A stretch of DNA of 64,000 nucleotides from a virus: positions 8,223 through 72,222 of IMG/VR virus record IMGVR_UViG_3300045988_134667; one strand, 5' to 3'. Each line of letters begins with the position of its first letter. Positions within the stretch are counted from its first letter, which is position 1. Both the position numbers and the translations under genes were made by a program. The notes below the pieces were generated by a model. It was not told where the DNA came from and did not search any database. It saw only the letters and a list, made by a program, of their open reading frames with translations. Positions 57,605 through 64,000 of this stretch are shown in pieces.

Positions 57605-57895
57605 ATGTACGAAATTGTAGAAGATGAATATAACCAGTTTTTACAAGATATAGCAGACGGTTCAATGATATTCGGAAAATATATTAATGAATCAGAATAC
57701 GAAGATGAATATTCTCACAATGATATTGACGAAGCACAAGATAAATTTATTGAAAAAGTCAGAGAATACCTACATGAAAACTATCCTGGTAAATATATAG
57801 TGTCAGGCAGTTGGTGTGTATTTGTTATGACACCTGATAGAGCGAGAGAAGGTCATATATCAGAGAGAACAATAGAGCTGTTTACAGTGAAATAA
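57605..57895 (+). CDS. acidic hypothetical protein
   Basis: ORF track. Confidence 0.5.
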   Translation: MYEIVEDEYNQFLQDIADGSMIFGKYINESEYEDEYSHNDIDEAQDKFIEKVREYLHENYPGKYIVSGSWCVFVMTPDRAREGHISERTIELFTVK

Positions 57896-57963
57896 GAAAT
57901 CAAGAAAGATTCGTTTCTTGCGGAAATTTAAAAGGAGAATATAAGAGTAGGAGGTAAAATTAA

Positions 57964-58545
57964 ATGCATTATTGCGTTCATTTACTCACAAAAGAATTAC
58001 CAAGTGAGAATAAAATTGCAACAATTATGAAGCCATACAATTCAGAACTTGTATATGGCTCAGATGATGAAGAAGACAAACAGATTAATTATCCAGTTTT
58101 TACATGGGATTACTATCGAATCGGTGGCAGGTACAAGGCTGAATTAAAACTAAAAGTAGATAAAGGAGGATCGGCAAATAGTGAATATTATAATTGGGGT
58201 TATTATGACAGACAAGATAGAAACGGCAGATTGTTTTGGTCAAGTCTTTTATCAACATTAAAAGAGAATATTGCACCTGAATGGATGTATCATGAGGAAG
58301 ATTGGTTTATGAATATGGGTTTTGGCGATGGATATATTCTTGTTGATGGAGCAAAACAAAGCGATGTTTTAAATATTAACAAGCTTGGATGTTACATATG
58401 TATTCTTCCTGACGGTTCAGCTATTGCAAGAGATTCATGGGATGGTAAAGATATTATCAAAGATGAAAAATTTGATGAAAAATATAAACAGGCTATAACA
58501 GATAATATGGATGGATTTATTACAGTGCTTGATATCCATGATTAA
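57964..58545 (+). CDS. hypothetical protein
   Basis: ORF track; SD AGGAGG. Confidence 0.55.
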   Translation: MHYCVHLLTKELPSENKIATIMKPYNSELVYGSDDEEDKQINYPVFTWDYYRIGGRYKAELKLKVDKGGSANSEYYNWGYYDRQDRNGRLFWSSLLSTLKENIAPEWMYHEEDWFMNMGFGDGYILVDGAKQSDVLNINKLGCYICILPDGSAIARDSWDGKDIIKDEKFDEKYKQAITDNMDGFITVLDIHD

Positions 58546-58641
58546 GAATGAATATATTTTATTTTAAAGATAGGAGTGATATAAACGAGAGTATATAAAG
58601 ATAAACAGTATCTCATTTTTGATTATGAAGATGGACGTACT

Positions 58642-59715
58642 GTGAAATATGATTTCGCAACAAAGACTGCTATTGGAATTAAAGGTAAACCAGTAAAAAA
58701 TCTATGTAGTCAACTAAGTGGCTTTACCTTAAATGAGTTATTTGATTGTTGTGATGATGAAAAGTATGCAAAGTTTTTACGATTTATTAGAAATTCAGAA
58801 ACATACTCATATTCAATAAGCAACATAGGAACAATTCTTGATAGAGTTCCAAGATATGATAGATTTGAACAAATCTTTTCAGCAGGATTTGATGACATTA
58901 TCAAAGATGGTTATCGGTTCAAGTATTCTATAAATGAGATTCCAAAATCTCTAATCAAATTATGTCGTAAATATCCCATTAAATTATCAAATAATACTGT
59001 TAAGTATTATAAAGAAAATCAAGATGCGCATTACATAGCTTATAACTTGGATTATCTAAGTTTAGATTCTGATGATATTTATATCGTTTGGAATACAGAA
59101 ACATGGGATAGAGTTGATGGTGCTTGTATTTATTATTCTTTTTTCAATGAATTAGTGAATGAATTTGGATATAACGCAAAGGATTTATGGTTGTATCTGG
59201 ATAGAATCAAGACATTTGAGGCAGTTGAAGATATGGGTTTCTTAATTCGTGAATTGTACGATTATGCTAATATGATGAATCAACTTAGCCCAAAGTATGA
59301 AAAATATCCAAGACATTTCCTTACTACACATAGAATTGCTTGTAGAAATTACAATCGAATGAAGAAAGAATTCTCAGAAGAGTTATTTAAAAAGAGAATA
59401 AATAAACAGTACGAATGCTCTTTTGGTGATTACATATTTATTTATCCAGAATCTACACAGGATATTAAAGATGAAGCGACAATGCAAAACAACTGCGTAG
59501 CATCATACATAGATAAGGTTATTGATGGCGAATGTCACATTCTTTTCTTGAGAAAGAAGAATAAACCAGATGAGAGTTTGGTAACGATTGAAGTAAGAAA
59601 TAACCATATTGTACAAGCTAGACGAAGATTCAATGATGAAGTAACAGCAGAGGATCAGAAAGCTATTGATGCGTTTAATAAAAAGTTTGCAAATAAGGAG
59701 GATAAAGCAGCATGA
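58642..59715 (+). CDS. PcfJ-like protein
   Basis: C-terminal MQNNCVASYIDKVIDGECHILFLR...VTIEV resembles the PcfJ-domain signature; assigned from memory of the family. Confidence 0.45.
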   Translation: MKYDFATKTAIGIKGKPVKNLCSQLSGFTLNELFDCCDDEKYAKFLRFIRNSETYSYSISNIGTILDRVPRYDRFEQIFSAGFDDIIKDGYRFKYSINEIPKSLIKLCRKYPIKLSNNTVKYYKENQDAHYIAYNLDYLSLDSDDIYIVWNTETWDRVDGACIYYSFFNELVNEFGYNAKDLWLYLDRIKTFEAVEDMGFLIRELYDYANMMNQLSPKYEKYPRHFLTTHRIACRNYNRMKKEFSEELFKKRINKQYECSFGDYIFIYPESTQDIKDEATMQNNCVASYIDKVIDGECHILFLRKKNKPDESLVTIEVRNNHIVQARRRFNDEVTAEDQKAIDAFNKKFANKEDKAA

Positions 59716-60152
59716 TTAAAGGTGATCGAATTAAATTAGTTAAGAAGATGGGTGTGTTTGATAACATCGGTGAGATTTGTGAAGTAACTGATATTCAGGA
59801 AGGTGGAGTAATCTGCTTTAAGTTTGGTGGTTGCCATCTTGGTTGTATGTCATATGACGAGTATGAAAAGTATTTTGAAAAGGTTGAGACACCTGTAAAG
59901 AGAACTTGGAGTGAGTGGAGTTTGGCACACGAACTTACTTTTATTGATATTAGGGGTGATGAAAAGACCATTAAATATCAGTATAGAGATAATGGTAGGA
60001 GAGTCCAGGTTAGAAGTGGTGCTTTGAAAGCAGGTTCGTCTTGCTATGACGAGGATGAATTTAGTCTTAGTAGTGGTTTGGAATTGGCAGAGATGAGATT
60101 GGTTGTAAAATATCTCAACAATCAGGTTAAGTCGATTGCAAAGGCGATGTAA
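59712..60152 (+). CDS. hypothetical protein
   Basis: ORF track. Confidence 0.5.
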   Translation: MIKGDRIKLVKKMGVFDNIGEICEVTDIQEGGVICFKFGGCHLGCMSYDEYEKYFEKVETPVKRTWSEWSLAHELTFIDIRGDEKTIKYQYRDNGRRVQVRSGALKAGSSCYDEDEFSLSSGLELAEMRLVVKYLNNQVKSIAKAM

Positions 60153-60167
60153 GAGGAGAATAAATAT

Positions 60168-60689
60168 ATGAAAACAAAAATTATTAGTGCATTCCCTGCT
60201 TGTGGTAAGACATATGCTTTTAAAAAACTAAATGAGAAAGGCTACAAGATTCTTGATAGTGATAGCAGTCAGTTTAGTTGGTGCTATGATTATAATCCAG
60301 TTAATTCAGATAAAATTGAAAGGTATCGCAATCCTGAATTTCCAAAAAATTATATTCAGCATATTAAAGAGAACATTGGAAAAGTTGATTATATCTTTGT
60401 AAGCAGCCATAAAGAAGTTAGAGACGCTTTGATTGAGAATGGAATTTATTTCACATTAGTTTATCCTGGCAGAAAGATGAAAGCTGAATGGGTTGGTAGA
60501 TGCTTCTTGCGTGGAAGTGGCGAAGAGTTCTGTCAGCTCATTGCAGACAATTGGGACAAATGGATTGATGAAATGGAAGAAGTAGAAGATTGTGATAGAT
60601 ATATTCTTGGTGAAGATGATTCTATTGATCCAGATGACTTAGATAGATATTACTACTTAGGAGAATTAATCGAAAAAGGATTGGTTTAA
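60168..60689 (+). CDS. P-loop NTPase / small nucleotide-kinase-like protein
   Basis: Walker A SAFPACGKTYAF close to the N-terminus. Confidence 0.55.
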   Translation: MKTKIISAFPACGKTYAFKKLNEKGYKILDSDSSQFSWCYDYNPVNSDKIERYRNPEFPKNYIQHIKENIGKVDYIFVSSHKEVRDALIENGIYFTLVYPGRKMKAEWVGRCFLRGSGEEFCQLIADNWDKWIDEMEEVEDCDRYILGEDDSIDPDDLDRYYYLGELIEKGLV

Positions 60690-60728
60690 AGAACAAATAA
60701 CAATATATAGAAAAATTAAAAAATAATA

Positions 60729-60773
60729 CACTATATATAGCGGTTAAATAAAATAAAACTACTATATATAGTA
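60729..60773 (+). promoter_or_regulatory. pair of palindromes CACTATATATAGCG / TACTATATATAGTA, 31 bp apart
   Basis: Sites at 60729-60742 and 60760-60773, upstream of gene 60828. Confidence 0.55.
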
Positions 60774-60827
60774 ACAAAATGGACAAGAAATATCGGTTTC
60801 ATGCGAAGTTTAGAAAGAGAGAAAAAT

Positions 60828-61169
60828 ATGAAAATTTTAGAAGGACACGAAAAAGAATACAAGGATTGGTACGACAAGAATAGTGACGGATACAGCAGAG
60901 CTTGCTTCACTTATGCTGAAAGGTGGGCTGAACTGCTAGAAGCAGAAATTGACAAGGGCAATGATGTTATGAAGTGCTTTGTTGATAATGCAGACAGATT
61001 GAGCCGTGAAGCAGACACAGAGGGTATAACAGGGTTTATGTACGGATGTGCAGTTAGTATTCTTTCACAGTGTTGGAAGTATGGAGAATATCTTAGAAAG
61101 TGGCACAATAAGGAATACAGCTATGATGGTGATGGTGTTGTGAATCCAGCAATTTTAACAATTGGTTAA
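60828..61169 (+). CDS. hypothetical protein
   Basis: Trimmed to an ATG (MKILEGH). Confidence 0.5.
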   Translation: MKILEGHEKEYKDWYDKNSDGYSRACFTYAERWAELLEAEIDKGNDVMKCFVDNADRLSREADTEGITGFMYGCAVSILSQCWKYGEYLRKWHNKEYSYDGDGVVNPAILTIG

Positions 61170-61201
61170 GAGAATATAAAGCAAAGGAGATTTAAAAAAG
61201 A

Positions 61202-61492
61202 ATGAATTTTGGACAGGCAATTGAAGCTTTAAGGAACGGTAAAAAGGTAGCAAGAGTTGGGTGGAACGGTAAAGGTATGTTTTTGTATATGACAACAGGA
61301 AGTGTTGTTCATTTAGATGAAATGAAATCAGAAACAGCAAATTATTTAAGAAGTTTTTGTAAAGATAAAGGTATGGACGAAATTGAAATTTGTCCACATA
61401 TTGATATGAAGACAGCAGACAATAAGTTAGTTATTGGATGGCTTGCGAGTCAGACAGATATGCTTGCAGAAGATTGGGACGTGGTAGAATAA
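61202..61492 (+). CDS. DUF2829-family protein (Thoeris anti-defence Tad2-like candidate)
   Basis: N-terminus MNFGQAIEALRNGKKVARVGWNGKGMF matches the characteristic DUF2829 opening (M.FGEA.EALK.GKKV.R.GWNGKG). Confidence 0.55.
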   Translation: MNFGQAIEALRNGKKVARVGWNGKGMFLYMTTGSVVHLDEMKSETANYLRSFCKDKGMDEIEICPHIDMKTADNKLVIGWLASQTDMLAEDWDVVE

Positions 61493-61499
61493 AATAATA

Positions 61500-61544
61500 T
61501 ACTATATATAGTTTACACTAAATAAATGCACACTACATATAGTG
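61500..61544 (+). promoter_or_regulatory. pair of palindromes TACTATATATAGTT / CACTACATATAGTG, 31 bp apart
   Basis: Sites at 61500-61513 and 61531-61544, upstream of gene 61597. Confidence 0.5.
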
Positions 61545-61596
61545 ATAAAAGTACCAAGAATTTTCGATTTCTTTTAGAGAATATACATAAGGAGGA

Positions 61597-62457
61597 TTGA
61601 TACATACGAATTTAATACAAGCATTAGAAAAGCAGATTGAGTTCTGTAATCAATATACAAGATATAAATGTGGGGTATTTGTAAGAACAAAAGAACAATG
61701 CGAGATTGTAATGAAATGCATTTCAAACTTATTGTTAGATCAAAGCAATACTCAATTAAAAAATTATGCATGGAAGTTAAGTTGCTATTGGAATAATGGT
61801 AATTGTATTGAAGTATTGTCTGTAAATGATTCCATACGAGGATATAAATTTAATGGTGTAATAATTGAAAATGAAATCGAAAGAGATGTTGTTAATTCTT
61901 TGATTATGCCATATTTAATGGTAAGGACTGATTCTACTGGACATAAAATTGAAGAATTTAATAATGTTAAAGAGAGAATATTTACAGTAGATATTAGCAA
62001 GAGTGATATCACCGAAAGTAAAAATCGTTCAATTTATATTTCGACTGGTTGGCAGAGAAATATATTAAGTAGAAGATTGAGAAGTTCAAATATATTTATT
62101 GATGAAAGTTTTAAGAAGGAGTATACATGTATGTTTAATAATCACACAGCAGCTTTTAGAGTTGCACAGGTAGGAACAGATAAGATTTATGTTTACAATG
62201 CAATTGGTATTCCAAAGGAGAATATTAAATATGAGACAGAGTTTGTCAATAGAACCAAGGAAACTTATCTAAATATCAAAGGTGAACATAAAGTTGAAGG
62301 TATTGGATTTGAGAATGAAATAGATGTTCATTTGCTTATTGATACTAATGTATATGATAAGTATGAAGTTGATTTCCATGATGGTCTTGTTTTTGTTTTT
62401 TTACATGAAATTATCAATGAGAAGCCTGTTTTAGAGGATGTTTCAAAGAATAGTTAA
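61597..62457 (+). CDS. hypothetical protein upstream of the Thg1-like gene
   Basis: ORF track. The TTG start directly abuts the SD, so the true start is uncertain. Confidence 0.5.
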   Translation: MIHTNLIQALEKQIEFCNQYTRYKCGVFVRTKEQCEIVMKCISNLLLDQSNTQLKNYAWKLSCYWNNGNCIEVLSVNDSIRGYKFNGVIIENEIERDVVNSLIMPYLMVRTDSTGHKIEEFNNVKERIFTVDISKSDITESKNRSIYISTGWQRNILSRRLRSSNIFIDESFKKEYTCMFNNHTAAFRVAQVGTDKIYVYNAIGIPKENIKYETEFVNRTKETYLNIKGEHKVEGIGFENEIDVHLLIDTNVYDKYEVDFHDGLVFVFLHEIINEKPVLEDVSKNS

Positions 62458-62490
62458 GAGAGAATAATATATTAAAAGAGAGGTACATAT

Positions 62491-63348
62491 ATGCCAGTAC
62501 ATGATGATTTAGGCGTTAGGATGAAGACATTTTATGAGCAGATCCCAAAGACAAAACTGATGAGAAGGTGTCCAGTTGCTATCCGCATTGATGGAAAAGC
62601 GTTTCACACATTCACAAGAGGATTCCAGAAACCGTTTGATGAAGTGTTAATTAAGTCTATGCAGGAAACAATGAAATACTTATGTGAGAATATTCAGGGC
62701 TGTGTTCTTGGTTACACGCAGTCAGATGAGATTACACTAATTCTTATTGATTATAAGAAGCTCACATCTTCCGCATGGTTTGATTATGAAGTGCAAAAGA
62801 TTTGTAGTATTGCTGCAAGTATGGCTACGATGGCATTTAATACATTCTTTGCTAAAAATGTTTATTTTACTGATAAGTTTGATGAACATGGGAATATCAT
62901 TGACGAAGAATATGTTTCTATTCATTTAGCCCATGTCAAAGCAGTTGACAAAGGTGCAATGTTCGATGCTCGTTGTTTCAATATTCCAAAAGAAGAAGTG
63001 ACAAATCTCATATATTGGAGACAATTAGACGCTTCTCGTAATTCAATTCAGATGGTAGGTCAAGCCAATTTTTCACACAAGGAATTACAGAATAAGTCAT
63101 GTAATGATATTCAAAACATGCTTATGACTCAGAAAGATATTAACTGGAACGATTTACCGACTTATCAGAAGAGAGGAAGCTGTTGTGTAAAAATGTATCA
63201 GACTGCTAATGGTGTTTTTGAAAGTCATGCAGAAGATGAATTAGTCGAAAATGGCAGGACATATTGGAGTATTGATACAAATATCCCTATTTTCAAGGGC
63301 GAAGGTAGAGAATATATTGATAGGTTAGTATTCGTTGGTGAAGAGTAA
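62491..63348 (+). CDS. Thg1-like protein (tRNA-His guanylyltransferase / 3'-5' nucleotidyltransferase family)
   Basis: VAIRIDGKAFHTFTRGFQKPFDEVLIKSM resembles the Thg1 N-terminal catalytic-core segment. MFDARCFNIPKEEVTNLIYWRQLD matches the downstream Thg1 WRQ region. Confidence 0.6.
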   Translation: MPVHDDLGVRMKTFYEQIPKTKLMRRCPVAIRIDGKAFHTFTRGFQKPFDEVLIKSMQETMKYLCENIQGCVLGYTQSDEITLILIDYKKLTSSAWFDYEVQKICSIAASMATMAFNTFFAKNVYFTDKFDEHGNIIDEEYVSIHLAHVKAVDKGAMFDARCFNIPKEEVTNLIYWRQLDASRNSIQMVGQANFSHKELQNKSCNDIQNMLMTQKDINWNDLPTYQKRGSCCVKMYQTANGVFESHAEDELVENGRTYWSIDTNIPIFKGEGREYIDRLVFVGEE

Positions 63349-63369
63349 ATAAAAAAGGAAAATATATAG

Positions 63370-63591
63370 ATGAGTAATTTAAAAGAAAAATTAGCAAAAG
63401 GTGGAGTAACAGCAATTATTGTCATTACAATTTTAGCTGTATGCTATGGACTTAGTTGGATTGTTACATGTGGAATAATCAAGCTTATTACAATGTGTTT
63501 TGGTTTGACATTTAAATGGTCTATTGCAACTGGTATTTGGCTGATTATCTGCATTTTAAAGTCAGTTTTTAATGTAACAGCGAAGAAATAG
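63370..63591 (+). CDS. small two-TM membrane protein (holin-like candidate)
   Basis: GVTAIIVITILAVCYGLSWIV and IATGIWLIICIL with a charged C-terminus. Confidence 0.4.
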   Translation: MSNLKEKLAKGGVTAIIVITILAVCYGLSWIVTCGIIKLITMCFGLTFKWSIATGIWLIICILKSVFNVTAKK

Positions 63592-63839
63592 AGTCGAAGG
63601 AAACTGACATTTCTTTGGCTTTACAAACCTAGTGTTTATAAGGGTTTCAGAGGTCAAAAATTTCAAAAATGCTCAAATCGAGCAAAATCCCTAATTTTCA
63701 ATGATTTTTAGAGAATAACAAAAATGAGGTGCTGAAAACCCTTATAAATCAAGGGTTTTACAGTATCAATATCAAGAAACAGAGAATATAAGAATAGCAA
63801 GAAATCACTGTTTCATGTGAATTTTGAGGAGGTGAGAAA

Positions 63840-64000
63840 GTGACAGAATTTAGATTTAATGAAGACTTTGCAAATAATTGGAAGTCAGGGCAGACAGTTA
63901 CTTGTGAAGAAAAAGAGGATGGTTACTTAGTTGATAAGGTGGCACTGATTGAAAAGGACGAACTTTTAAAACATGGTGAATTTATCACAATGAATGTTGA
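63840..64000 (+). CDS. hypothetical protein, 5' portion (continues beyond the window end)
   Basis: GTG start with SD GGAGGTGAGAAA; open to the window edge. Confidence 0.35.
   Translation, partial: MTEFRFNEDFANNWKSGQTVTCEEKEDGYLVDKVALIEKDELLKHGEFITMNV

Noticed and set aside
1-64000. Genome-wide TAG reassignment (genetic code 15)
   Set aside because: Long ORFs of 685, 525, 478 and 476 aa are intact under code 11. Many genes end in TAG followed within a few nucleotides by a canonical SD and start or by another stop. In-frame ORF pairs separated by TAG (15935/16625, 19897/20182, 49241/49598) each have their own SD plus ATG, and their frequency is about what chance predicts (one third). Only the two motif- or homology-supported cases are retained, as gene-specific events.

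Overview
This 64-kb window looks like an AT-rich phage or prophage genome of a Firmicutes-type host. Shine-Dalgarno sites are mostly AGGAGG-like, genes are densely packed and mostly short, and no capsid, portal, terminase or lysin genes are recognisable in the window.

Layout. Positions 1-5.7 kb carry a minus-strand module: a large Cys-rich protein, small zinc-ribbon proteins and a replication-initiator-like winged-helix protein. A divergent control region follows at 5.7-7.1 kb, containing a G+T-rich iteron-like block, three tandem consensus sigma-A promoters that share a downstream GTCAAGTGAA box, and a structured roughly 500-nt leader. From 7.1 kb onward nearly everything is on the plus strand: about 100 small early-type genes (XRE HTH regulators, a ParB/DGQHR nuclease-domain protein, a HicA-like toxin, an RHH protein and many zinc-ribbon proteins). 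Next comes a tyrosine integrase with divergent XRE regulators and a MazF/PemK-like toxin, then tRNA-Gln(UUG) and tRNA-Met(CAU). After these are a phage sigma factor with a DUF262 (ParB-like) protein, an AbrB-zinc-ribbon fusion, a 685-aa unknown protein, a flotillin/SPFH protein, a metallophosphatase, a C5-cytosine methyltransferase, MTase-like fragments, an IS200/IS605-family TnpB element with a perfect left-end hairpin, an AAA+ ATPase, an HNH-AP2 endonuclease, an MT-A70 adenine methyltransferase, a PcfJ-like protein, a P-loop protein, a DUF2829 (Tad2-like) protein and a Thg1-like tRNA 5'-repair enzyme.

Most notable observations:
- Two genes carry an in-frame TAG exactly where protein logic demands continuous translation. 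The C5-MTase needs its motif I, which lies upstream of the first start codon and is separated from an ATG by a TAG. A paralog pair has one intact member and one TAG-interrupted member, with homology continuing across the stop. This suggests gene-specific amber read-through or suppression rather than global recoding, and it sits in a genome that also encodes tRNAs and a Thg1-like enzyme.
- A 12-bp perfect palindrome, ACTATATATAGT, occurs as three pairs with a fixed 31-32 bp spacing upstream of late-region genes.
- A MazF-like toxin is wired directly into the integrase/repressor switch.

Single-nucleotide coordinates of small ORFs that I derived by hand may be off by one or two.
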